Program-made: the position numbers and the translations under genes | In this document: piece by piece, positions 8,193-16,813 of the stretch | Layout of the letters: the number at the start of each line of letters is the position of its first letter | How positions within the stretch are numbered: the stretch's first letter is position 1 | Notes under the pieces: generated by a model | Told to the model about the DNA's origin: nothing | What the model saw: the letters and a program-made list of their open reading frames with translations, nothing else | Databases searched by the model: none | Source: Candidatus Bathyarchaeota archaeon | GTDB lineage: Archaea > Thermoproteota > Bathyarchaeia > Bathyarchaeales > Bathycorpusculaceae | Length of the DNA: 64,000 nt | NCBI GenBank assembly: GCA_963811105.1 | Contig: CAWEPZ010000011.1 | Location: forward strand, 1,216,001 to 1,280,000 | Direction of reading: 5' to 3'

Positions 8193-9130
8193 TTATGGTG
8201 CATCGCTTAGTTTTAACTCAGAAAAGTGTTCCCGGCTATTGTGCAATGCAAGAATTCTTACCATGTCGCCAATCTTTCTCTTATGAATCTCGTTGCCCAA
8301 GTCCTCGATTTTGTTTGTTCCTTCATGTGCTATTTCCAGAATGATATCTCCTTCAGCCATTCCAGCAGCTTCTGCAGGACTTTCATCAGCAATTCTGGTC
8401 ACTAATACTCCGCGGTTTATCGGTAAGCCAAAGTAGCGTGCAATTTCCCGACTTAAAGTTAGTCCAATTATGCCCAGCCATGGTCTTTTAGCGCCTCCTT
8501 CAGTGACAATTTCATCAGTGCAGCTTCTCGCAGAGTTTATAGGAATCGCAAAACCTATGCCTTGAGCAACTGGAATAATGGCAGTGCTTATTGCAATCAC
8601 TTTGCCTGTTACGTCTACAAGTGGACCACCACTGTTTCCGGGATTAATAGAAGCATCAGTTTGAACAAGATTCTCAATCAAGCCTCTATCTGATTCTATT
8701 GTCCTATTAACGGCATTGATTACTCCTGAGGTTACGCTTGGGCCACCTGCTAAGCCGAAAGGTTTACCAATAGCGTAGACCCTTTGCCCTACTCTTATCT
8801 TGTCTGAATCTCCAAGTTCTGCAGCTTGAAGATTTCTTTCATTACCGTTAATTTTACCAACAGCTATGTCGTGAATGGCGCATGACCCGACGATTGTTCC
8901 TTCAAGAACCTCGTTGTTGCCTAAGGTAACGTTGATTTTTGTGCTCCCCCAACCACGTGGTTGTTTGTCAAAATTAGCCCTTTGGAATCTATAATGGTAC
9001 CAGAGCCCATGCCTCCAATAGGCACTGCTTGGTAGAAAAGATTGTGAACAAGTTTTACAGTGCTTATGTTAACTGCACTTTTGCTTGCTTTTTCAATGAT
9101 ATCTAAAATAGCATTCTCATCGTATGACAA
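8193..9130 (-). pseudogene. HtrA/DegP-like trypsin protease with PDZ domain, split by one frameshift at about 8936-8940
   Basis: TNNHVV (His) in one frame; HDIAV (Asp), QTDASINPGNSGGP (Ser) and PDZ in a second frame open from about 8936; A5 run one base short. Confidence 0.85.
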
Positions 9131-9188
9131 GAGAATTTCCTCAAAAAAAAAGGTGAACTCCGTTTTTAATAAATCTTAATCGCCTTAT

Positions 9189-9563
9189 TCAACGGCAAAA
9201 CAAGCAGGTTTCCGCCCATTCTTGAGGCATTTCTTTTTGGCAGAGAGGGCACATCAATCCTTTTTCTCTGATAGCCCGGCATGTTTGACAGAAAAGTGCG
9301 AAGATACCTGCTCTATTATTTGGCTCTTTTATGAGGGAAATTACCATTTGATCGATAAGGGCTAAAATTTCAGTTGAACCCTCGATCGCTAACAGGTTTC
9401 CTCTTTCTTTGCTCAGGTATCTGCTTATGGCGGATTGTGATAGCCCCAAAAGCTTCGCTGTTTCTTGTTCGTTGAATCCATGTTTTTCAACGATTTGTCT
9501 TGCCATTACAGCTTTTACTGCAGGCAAAACGGTTTTTACTCCCACTTCGCACGGTAATATCAA
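9189..9563 (-). CDS. Archaeal HTH transcriptional regulator (COG2522-like) with Cys-rich C-terminus
   Basis: PCE...LPAVKA, HTH AKLLGLSQSAISRYL, CxxC motifs. Confidence 0.8.
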   Translation of the reverse strand: MILPCEVGVKTVLPAVKAVMARQIVEKHGFNEQETAKLLGLSQSAISRYLSKERGNLLAIEGSTEILALIDQMVISLIKEPNNRAGIFALFCQTCRAIREKGLMCPLCQKEMPQEWAETCLFCR

Positions 9564-9607
9564 GTTTTACACCAATTACTATTATTTTCGGGGGAAAGTT
9601 ATTTAAA

Positions 9608-9641
9608 TATGACGCTTGTCATAGTTTATGACGCGTGTCAT
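9608..9641. promoter_or_regulatory. Tandem palindromic operators ATGAC-N4-GTCAT directly after TTTAAATA box
   Basis: TATGACGCTTGTCATA (9608-9623) and ATGACGCGTGTCAT (9628-9641). Confidence 0.7.
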
Positions 9642-9729
9642 GATGGAATACCAATAACAAAAAAAACAGTTTTGCACCACTACTGCTCTCTCACCATCAG
9701 GCAAACGTCAAAAAGGAGAGTAATAACAA

Positions 9730-10677
9730 ATGGGCAATGTTCTATTACCTACCCCAAAAACAAAAAACAACCACGATTTAGTTGGACTGCTTAAAACACT
9801 TAGCGCCGAATGCAGAAACTGTGCTCCAATATCTCCCCTGCAATGCATAAACCGCTGTCAAGTATACAAGTTGAAAAACGAACTAAGAAAACTTCGAGAA
9901 ACTATGGATAACCCTAACTATGTAAAAGAACTTTTCAACGTACTAAAAAATGAGACACGACTACATATTTTACGTGCAATCGTAAACGGCAGATATTCAG
10001 TAAGCCAACTACAACAAGAACTAAAAAAAACTGGACACAACCACAGCCAAGACACGATCAGCGAAGAATATTTAGGCCCATTAATAGCTGCAGGCTTAGC
10101 TAGCGAAGCACAAGATGAATACTATGCTACAACGTTCGGTGGACGATTAACTGAACTACTAGGTTGCTTCCCAGAATTTGTTGAAATGCTGCCCGCTCAC
10201 TCGGAATGTTATGAAGAAATAATCCTACAAGCTTTGCTATCAGGTCCTAAAACCTTCGAAGAAATTGAAACCGTCATCTCACCAAAAATCGCTTCAAGAA
10301 TCCTCAAACGTTTACGTTCAACGGAATTAATAGAAACCCCAATTGAAAGAGATTACATATTTTTCTTTAAATCGAAAAGAGACAGTAACAAGGAAACACT
10401 TACCAGCACCGAAAAAAAAATTTATTACACTATCGGTGAGGAAGGAATCTCTGCCGGAAAGCTCGCAAAAGAGACTGCACTTTCCATGAGAAGAATCTAC
10501 AAGTATTTAAGAAGCTTGAAAGGCAAAAAACTTGTTTTCATAAGGAAAACACCCAAAGCTTACGGTTTAACATGCAAAGGCGAGATGTTAGCATCAGTAC
10601 TCAAAGAGCTACAGCTAATTGTGGAAGAAACATGGACCTCTTCCGAGCAAGTTATGCACGACAACGTTAATTCTTAG
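9730..10677 (+). CDS. Multi-winged-helix protein with N-terminal 4-Cys motif
   Basis: CRNC-x6-C-x3-C; ArsR-like LKNETRLHIL; C-terminal wHTH LAKETALSMRRIYKYLRSL. Confidence 0.7.
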   Translation: MGNVLLPTPKTKNNHDLVGLLKTLSAECRNCAPISPLQCINRCQVYKLKNELRKLRETMDNPNYVKELFNVLKNETRLHILRAIVNGRYSVSQLQQELKKTGHNHSQDTISEEYLGPLIAAGLASEAQDEYYATTFGGRLTELLGCFPEFVEMLPAHSECYEEIILQALLSGPKTFEEIETVISPKIASRILKRLRSTELIETPIERDYIFFFKSKRDSNKETLTSTEKKIYYTIGEEGISAGKLAKETALSMRRIYKYLRSLKGKKLVFIRKTPKAYGLTCKGEMLASVLKELQLIVEETWTSSEQVMHDNVNS

Positions 10678-10697
10678 CCACAAGCTTCCTTTTTTTA

Positions 10698-11183
10698 TTA
10701 TCCGCCACCAGGAGCTCCATGAAAAGGCGCGTTTTCCCAGAGAAGCTTCCACCAGTCATCTTCAGTTATTGTTTCACCCTTAACAATTATCTCCAGCACC
10801 ATCTTTAACATTTCATGATGTCTTTTCTCATCAGCCAAAATTGAGTTCAGAAGAAACACGACTTTCTTTTCCTCAATTTTGGGAATCATTTCCTCAAGTT
10901 TAATGATTAATTCTGCTTCTATCGCAATGTGTTTTTCCACTAATGCCCTTTGTTCATCAAGATGCTCTTGCGCCAATGCTGTGGATGAACTAGTCAGAAG
11001 CGTAACAGCGGCCATGTAAAGTTCTGCGTGCTTGATAGAATCAAGCGATACTCCCTTCAGTACCCCTTTTACAGCGGGATTTTTCATACCGGCTAATGGC
11101 TTCTGAAGGGAAGCGACAATCTGTTTTTCGACTTCTATCTGATTTCTTAAAAATTCAATAAGATTATTGTTTGACTTTTCCAT
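10698..11183 (-). CDS. Ferritin-like/rubrerythrin-like four-helix protein
   Basis: Duplicated E...(D/E)xxH helix pairs: DSIKH and DEKRHH. Confidence 0.75.
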   Translation of the reverse strand: MEKSNNNLIEFLRNQIEVEKQIVASLQKPLAGMKNPAVKGVLKGVSLDSIKHAELYMAAVTLLTSSSTALAQEHLDEQRALVEKHIAIEAELIIKLEEMIPKIEEKKVVFLLNSILADEKRHHEMLKMVLEIIVKGETITEDDWWKLLWENAPFHGAPGGG

Positions 11184-11201
11184 AAAACTTATCCCACTCG
11201 T

Positions 11202-11651
11202 TTAATGTAGAGTCCTGTTCATCAAGTTTTCGGAAATTTGTTTCCCCAAATCTCTGCAGGCGCTAAGCATTTTTTCATCAGGAGCATATTTTACCAGTAA
11301 TGGTGGTTCAATCACCTGCATTTCAAACTTGTTTTTCATGATTTCCAAGATGTTTTTTGGTGCTTCACCGCTCCATCCGTAAGAACCAAATGCTGCACCT
11401 ATTTTGTCCTTCAAATTGATTCCCTTAACCGCGGCCGCCTCGAAAAGGTTTTTGAAATCAATAGGCATCTCATGGTAATAGGTCGGTGACCCAACCACTA
11501 TAGCATCAAAGTTCCCCAGTTCATCAGGGTCAACATGAAAATTTAATTCAACTTCAATCATATCGTTAATCTTTGTTCCTGCAGCGACAGCTTCTGCCAA
11601 TCGCTCAGTATTTCCGGTTCGGCTATAATACAAAACAAGAATTTTCATCAT
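11202..11651 (-). CDS. Flavodoxin
   Basis: YYSRTGNTE, GSPTY, AFGSYGWSGEA. Confidence 0.9.
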   Translation of the reverse strand: MMKILVLYYSRTGNTERLAEAVAAGTKINDMIEVELNFHVDPDELGNFDAIVVGSPTYYHEMPIDFKNLFEAAAVKGINLKDKIGAAFGSYGWSGEAPKNILEIMKNKFEMQVIEPPLLVKYAPDEKMLSACRDLGKQISENLMNRTLH

Positions 11652-11694
11652 ACAACTAAATTAGATTTAATATTATTTCAACATTTTGGGATAA

Positions 11695-11712
11695 TTGCCA
11701 AAAGACTGGCAA
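11695..11712. promoter_or_regulatory. Palindrome TTGCCA-N6-TGGCAA upstream of flavodoxin-ferritin pair
   Basis: Perfect 6-bp arms about 45 bp upstream of start. Confidence 0.45.
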
Positions 11713-11759
11713 GTTAGAAATCTCGTTATTTACGTTTCGATCTAAATGCGCCTCCCCTT

Positions 11760-11956
11760 TGCTTTTCATTTTTCAGTTGATTCAGTGCTTTTTATACCCC
11801 TACTTTCGCCGCCTTCCTACCAATTTGCTTGTAGAATTTAGATCCCGCTCTCAAGCAACTTTTTCTCCTCCTTCTCTTCATATCTCTGTAAAATTCGGAT
11901 CCTCTTTCTCAAGCCACTTTCTATACACCTTTTTTACCAACTTCTTGACGGGTCAT
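11760..11956 (-). pseudogene. Heavily decayed KGG-repeat stress protein gene; 3' end approximate
   Basis: Fragments MTRQEVGKKGV*KVA*, RGSEFYRDM, EGGEKVA*, KFYKQIGRK with stops and frameshifts. Confidence 0.65.
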
Positions 11957-12179
11957 CTTTCTTTTTTCTTCACTCTCAATCACCAAAATCATTCACTTCC
12001 AACTATTTCCGCAAAAAACTGTTCTGTTATTCATGCGAATGTTAGTTCTTAAAGTTAATGTGATTTCATTAAGTTAATCACAAGAGTACCAGACTAATTT
12101 CATATGACTATCATTCTGTGAATGTAAAATAGAATAGTTAGAAAACTGAAATGACATAAGACCAATGTTGTGTAATGCT

Positions 12180-12464
12180 TCATTCTATTTTACCGATTTC
12201 CTTTGTAATGTCTATTTGAGAAGCGTAGGTTTTATTCGGAAGCTTACTTTCTAAATCAATTACGTTAACAGGCGCGTCCTTATTTTGTTCGTTATCTAAC
12301 AGTTTCTTCTTTTCAGCGGAATAATGCATGTCGATAAGATATTTCTCGACGATTGCAGGACTGAGATGACTAGCTCTTCCGCGCTTATCGGTATGCTGAT
12401 GTCTTGCTCCTTTAGCTTGACCAAGTCCTCTTCGTCTAATAGCTTTGATATCAATATCGCTCAT
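12180..12464 (-). CDS. DUF2795-like protein, possibly degenerate
   Basis: SPAIVEKYL..MHY.AEK..L......AP..VI.....LP.KTY....DI pattern. Confidence 0.6.
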   Translation of the reverse strand: MSDIDIKAIRRRGLGQAKGARHQHTDKRGRASHLSPAIVEKYLIDMHYSAEKKKLLDNEQNKDAPVNVIDLESKLPNKTYASQIDITKEIGKIE

Positions 12465-12514
12465 CTTACTTCACTTGAAATTCCAAACAGATCAAGTTAA
12501 GAAAAACGAGTTTA

Positions 12515-12657
12515 TCATTCCTCTTCATGCTCTTTTCCTTCTTGAATAAGTCTGTGAACCCTCTGACAGCCCTTGATCCATATTCACCATGAAATTCTGG
12601 ACCATGTGTCTTCGAAGTCTTCAGTCCACACTTACGTCCAGCTTCTTCCACAGTCAT
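12515..12657 (-). pseudogene. Frameshifted KGG/Em-like stress protein gene
   Basis: MTVEEAGRKCGLKTSKTHGPEF in one frame; KGCQRVHRLIQEGKEHEEE* in another, matching paralog C-termini. Confidence 0.8.
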
Positions 12658-12859
12658 TTTTTCTCGATTTTTCTAAACCACAATAAGTCGTCTTATTTAA
12701 ATTTAGAATAAGGAAAATTTATAGTTTGAAATAACTATCACCCATCAACAATCCGAAGGGCAATTGTTTGGACAAATTATGCTACAGTCATATTTTGATT
12801 CTTTCAAAGGATGTACCTGTTATTGATTTTCGTAATGAAAAGCTCGATAAAAAAATCGG

Positions 12860-13114
12860 TTACGCTTCCTCATGTTCTTTTCCGGCTTGAATGAGCCTAC
12901 GAACTTTTTGTCCCCCCATATGGCCAGCCTCTTCTAAGCTAGTTTTTCCTCTTGCTTCCGGTGACCCTTCATGTTGCTTTGCACGTTTGGAACCACCTTT
13001 GCTACCTATTGCGCTATAGAATTCCGGACCATGAGTTTCAGACGTCCGCTCCCCTCCTAATCGCCCAGCCTCTTCAACAGTCATCTTTCCTCTCCTTTTC
13101 TCTTCATTCAACAA
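12860..13114 (-). CDS. KGG-repeat / GsiB-Em(LEA1)-like hydrophilin
   Basis: GKMTVEEAGRLGG, THGPEFYSAIGSKGG, GGQKVRRLIQAGKEHEEA; GGAGGTGG RBS then TTG. Confidence 0.85.
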   Translation of the reverse strand: MLNEEKRRGKMTVEEAGRLGGERTSETHGPEFYSAIGSKGGSKRAKQHEGSPEARGKTSLEEAGHMGGQKVRRLIQAGKEHEEA

Positions 13115-13172
13115 AACCACCTCCATCAAACTCTTATCGCTCTTTTCTCAATTTTCTAGCCCAAAACATGAC

Positions 13173-13209
13173 TTTTAAACATATGTGGCTGTCCCTACAC
13201 AATAACAGT
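13173..13209 (-). promoter_or_regulatory. Conserved KGG-gene promoter element, copy 1
   Basis: Minus strand GGACAGCCACATATGTTTAAAA; matches 13975-14008. Confidence 0.6.
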
Positions 13210-13315
13210 GAGGGAGATCCCTTAGTTCCCATACTGATCTAATTACCAAAATGAAAATTTTGCATACAGAAAACTATATACTAATGGTGACAAATCCTAT
13301 TTCATCTTTTATGTT

Positions 13316-13504
13316 CTATTCTTCTTCATGCTCTTTTCCCGACGCCACAAGTCTACGGACTCTTTGCCCACCTTTGGGTCCGCCGATCTTTCCGCCTTTT
13401 CTTCCTATTTCACTATAGAATTCTTCTCCATGCGTTTGAGCTGTCCTTAGACCACCCTTCCTACCGGCTTCCTCAACCGTCATCTTGCCCCTTTTTTCAG
13501 ACAA
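13316..13504 (-). CDS. KGG-repeat / GsiB-Em-like hydrophilin
   Basis: GGAGGTGG RBS, TTG start; GKMTVEEAGRKGG...EFYSEIGRKGG...GGQRVRRLVASGKEHEEE. Confidence 0.85.
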   Translation of the reverse strand: MSEKRGKMTVEEAGRKGGLRTAQTHGEEFYSEIGRKGGKIGGPKGGQRVRRLVASGKEHEEE

Positions 13505-13598
13505 TTCCTTCCACCTCCAACAAAAAGAATTACTCTCTATAATCACGAAAGAAACATAACAAAAAAATAATCTAAAAATTCAATTTAGTTGACTTGTT

Positions 13599-13916
13599 TT
13601 ATTCTTCTTCGTGTTCTTTACCAGCTTGAATTAGTTTTCGGACTCTCTGTCCACCTCGGTGACCTGCTTCCTCCAAACTTGTTTTTCCCATAGCTTCAGT
13701 TGTGCCTTCATGCTGTTTAGCTCGCTCAGAGCCCCCTTTGCTGCCTATTTCGCTATAAAATTCTGGACCACGTTCCATAGAAACTTTTTCGCCGCCTTTT
13801 CTTCCTATTTCCTCATAAAATTCTTTTCCGTGAGTTGAAGCGGTTTTTTCTCCACCTCTTCTACCTGCTTCTGCAACGGTCATTTTGCCTTTTTTACTTT
13901 CGTCACGCATACTCAA
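13599..13916 (-). CDS. KGG-repeat / GsiB-Em-like hydrophilin, longest copy
   Basis: Two EFYxEIGxKGG repeats plus SLEEAGHRGGQRVRKLIQAGKEHEEE; GGAGGTGG RBS. Confidence 0.85.
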   Translation of the reverse strand: MSMRDESKKGKMTVAEAGRRGGEKTASTHGKEFYEEIGRKGGEKVSMERGPEFYSEIGSKGGSERAKQHEGTTEAMGKTSLEEAGHRGGQRVRKLIQAGKEHEEE

Positions 13917-13974
13917 GAATTCCACCTCCGCTGAAAGTTCCGAAAAGCTAACAAGATTAATGTCGAATAACTGC

Positions 13975-14008
13975 TCATAAACCTATGTGGTTGTACCATA
14001 ACAGTAAC
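13975..14008 (-). promoter_or_regulatory. Conserved KGG-gene promoter element, copy 2
   Basis: Minus strand GGTACAACCACATAGGTTTATGA. Confidence 0.6.
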
Positions 14009-14156
14009 ACATTCAACTAAGCAGGGCAGTAATTTACTGCGCATGAAAAAAATAAATAAGAAAAAGATAGCCTCAAGCAATGCTCTATATAATACTAATG
14101 TTGATTCAACTTAAATATGGCCGGATGGTCAAATTAATAATCATTGGGTAACCTGA

Positions 14157-15638
14157 ATGAAAATACTTCTCATTAATCCACCGCAAACTTTTTACCCAGG
14201 CTCCGACCAACCTGCTGGAAACCTGCCTTTAGGCTTAATGTACATTGCAGCAGTACTCGAAAAGTCAGGTTACCAAACAGAAATTCTAGATGCCTTCATG
14301 ACTGATGACGAGTTCCAAAAAAAAGGTGAAATCACAAATGTCGGAATGTCTTTTGAGCGGATAAAGCAGCAAATAAATAGGCACAAACCAGACATTGTTG
14401 GTATAGCAGGCCCATTCACTTGTCAAATAGACAAATCAATCAAAATAAGCAGTTTAGCCAAAGAAGTTGACACAAACATTTTAACTGTTGTAGGCGGTCC
14501 ACACGTTACTACTGTGCCAAAGGAATTCCTTGAAGAAGCAAAAACCGTAGACATTGCAGTGACAGGCGAAGGCGAATATGCGATGCTAGACATTGCCCAG
14601 TATTTTGAAGACAAAAAACAGTTAAGCGAAATTCTGGGAATTGCCTACCGCAAAAATGGACAAATCATTGTAAATTTTCCAAGACCATTCATTAAGGATT
14701 TGGATGAGCTTCCCTATCCGGCTTACAACTTGGTCAATATGAAGCAGTACCTAAGCCCCAAAAAAATAGGCTACCGCAGCTTCAGAAACAGAGCAATATC
14801 AATGATCACCAGCAGGGGCTGCCCATTTAAATGCTGCTTCTGTTCGGTTCATTTACATATGGGAAGTGAATTTAGAGCAAACTCTGCAACCTACGTAGTA
14901 AATCACATTAAATACGTTGTTGACAAATTCAAAGTCCGGAACATTTTCTTTGAAGACGACAATCTGACTTTCGATATTCCAAGATTTGAAGCTATTTGCG
15001 ATGACATAATCGAGAAAAAAATAAAGATAGGTTGGGAAACGCCAAACGGGGTCCGAGCAGACTGCCTAAACCTTAATTTACTTCAAAAAATGAAGAAATC
15101 TGGTTGCCAAAGCGTCTTTTTCGGCGTAGAATCAGGTGATCAACAAATTCTAACTAATGTAATCTGCAAAAACCTCGACCTAAACCGTGTAATGGAAGTT
15201 GCGAAAATGGCTCGAGAGATTGGTCTAAAAACGGGAGGATTTTACATTATTGGGTTTCCAGGTGAGAAAAAGGAGAATATGATAAAAACCGTTGATTTTG
15301 CCTTAATGCTTAAGCGTAATTTTGATGTTGGTATGCACTTGTTTATTGCAACGCCTTCGTATGGGACTAGGCTGTATGAGGAGTGTAGAGCGAAGGGGTA
15401 TATCGAGGAAGACTTGACGTGGAATTCGTTTGCTCAAGCGCGTCAACCAAAAGGCATGCCATTGATTTCAACAGAAGATTTTACTTCTGAAGAAGTGAAA
15501 GCAATAGCGGCTAAGGCTCTTGAGGAGTATAAGAAATTATCGTTAATTAATCATGTTAAGAACCCAAGAAAAGCTTTGGAAACTGCGTTTGCCCAGCCTC
15601 AACTCATCATCAAGTACGTTAGAAACTTGTTTAGTTAG
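14157..15638 (+). CDS. Cobalamin-binding (class B) radical SAM protein
   Basis: N-terminal B12-binding domain (LINPP, PLGLMYIAA, GGPH, GEGE); TSRGCPFKCCFC; GVESG. Confidence 0.9.
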   Translation: MKILLINPPQTFYPGSDQPAGNLPLGLMYIAAVLEKSGYQTEILDAFMTDDEFQKKGEITNVGMSFERIKQQINRHKPDIVGIAGPFTCQIDKSIKISSLAKEVDTNILTVVGGPHVTTVPKEFLEEAKTVDIAVTGEGEYAMLDIAQYFEDKKQLSEILGIAYRKNGQIIVNFPRPFIKDLDELPYPAYNLVNMKQYLSPKKIGYRSFRNRAISMITSRGCPFKCCFCSVHLHMGSEFRANSATYVVNHIKYVVDKFKVRNIFFEDDNLTFDIPRFEAICDDIIEKKIKIGWETPNGVRADCLNLNLLQKMKKSGCQSVFFGVESGDQQILTNVICKNLDLNRVMEVAKMAREIGLKTGGFYIIGFPGEKKENMIKTVDFALMLKRNFDVGMHLFIATPSYGTRLYEECRAKGYIEEDLTWNSFAQARQPKGMPLISTEDFTSEEVKAIAAKALEEYKKLSLINHVKNPRKALETAFAQPQLIIKYVRNLFS

Positions 15639-15674
15639 AATTATGAAGCCCCAACTTCATGAAAATTAACAAAG

Positions 15675-15749
15675 CGGGCCCGCTGGGATTTGAACCCAGG
15701 ATTCTCGGCTCCGGAGGCCGATGCCTTATCCGTACTAGACTACGAGCCC
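15675..15749 (-). tRNA. tRNA-Arg(CCG), no intron, CCA not encoded
   Basis: Acceptor GGGCTCG/CGGGCCC, anticodon arm TCGGC-CTCCGGA-GCCGA, T-loop TTCAAAT. Confidence 0.95.
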
Positions 15750-15794
15750 GCAACTGCCAAACAAATATGACTTTGCGATTTAAAGCTAACCTTG

Positions 15795-16295
15795 CTATTC
15801 CTGAATTAACTCTTCGTTTACCCACCAGGCCTTCTTCTTGCCAGACCTTTCTCCTGCGTAATACTCGATTATAGATTTTCCAATCTGTTTTTTGGAGGTT
15901 TTCTCAATTTTCCGAAGCCTATTTAGAATGAGCCACCTGTTGGTTTTAACATAATCTGCCAATTCAGGTGTTGTTGCGCTTTTGTAATGAAGCAGATACT
16001 CCATTATTTTATGATCCACTTCATCAATACAAAAAGATTGCGGGTTAATCTTACCGTGCTGAAACGTAAGCAACTCCAAATCAGCAAGGTACTTCCTTAG
16101 TTGACCAAACTCCACCTCAATTTTGCTCATCCTCTCTAGCAAAGCTAAAAGCGTATCAGCCTTAGGCGTTTTCTGCAGCTTCTCGTTTATAGCTTCCCTG
16201 ACAAAGTTACTCCTATCACCTTCCGGAACACGCAGCGCCATTTCATGGTAGACATCTTCTGGAATTTTTACTGAAATGATTCTAACTTCGCTCAA
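15795..16295 (-). CDS. RHH plus winged-helix DNA-binding protein
   Basis: IISVKIPE...RSNFVREAI (RHH); coiled coil; TTPELADYVKTNRWLILNRL (wHTH). Confidence 0.7.
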   Translation of the reverse strand: MSEVRIISVKIPEDVYHEMALRVPEGDRSNFVREAINEKLQKTPKADTLLALLERMSKIEVEFGQLRKYLADLELLTFQHGKINPQSFCIDEVDHKIMEYLLHYKSATTPELADYVKTNRWLILNRLRKIEKTSKKQIGKSIIEYYAGERSGKKKAWWVNEELIQE

Positions 16296-16591
16296 CTTAG
16301 GCTCCTCATCAACGAGATACTTACGTTTTGATATTTCTTTTTTTCCATACTTGAAAATCTGAATTATGAAAAAATTAAATGCGTTGTTCGCTTCGGTTTA
16401 GGTGGGGCTGTATTTGGCCAAAAAAGTGACAATCTCCATCATTAGTTGTGAGTGAGCTCTTTGGCTGCGCCACATACTGTTTCCAACCCTCTTTTTGACA
16501 TAGCCGAAAAAAAAACTTGAAAAAGCCGTGAATAAAGGTATAATTAATAACTTTTTTTGTTTTCAGTGCAAGCAATGATCTTGAATTGCTC

Positions 16592-16813
16592 ATGTCTCAT
16601 GAAAATGGGGATCTACACAGTGACCTCCATAGGTTTGCATGGGACACTCTTAATGAAGCAGCGAATAAAGCATTAAAATTAAAACTCTACGCTGCAGGGC
16701 AGGACCTTCTAAAAGACACGTTCTGCTGCAATGTTTGCGGAATGGACCCAAGAGTTGCAGAAATGGAAATTGAAGAACGCGCTTTAGACCCTATTGTGGT
16801 TTTTTGCTGCTGA
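16592..16813 (+). CDS. Small hypothetical protein with CCNVCG and terminal CC
   Basis: ORF with plausible composition, possible metal-binding motif. Confidence 0.5.
   Translation: MSHENGDLHSDLHRFAWDTLNEAANKALKLKLYAAGQDLLKDTFCCNVCGMDPRVAEMEIEERALDPIVVFCC

Noticed and set aside
11760-13925. Repeats as a CRISPR array
   Set aside because: They are degenerate protein-coding KGG modules; no constant repeat-spacer structure and no cas genes
15631-15874. ORFs 15631-15825 and 15659-15874
   Set aside because: Shadow translations of tRNA-Arg(CCG)
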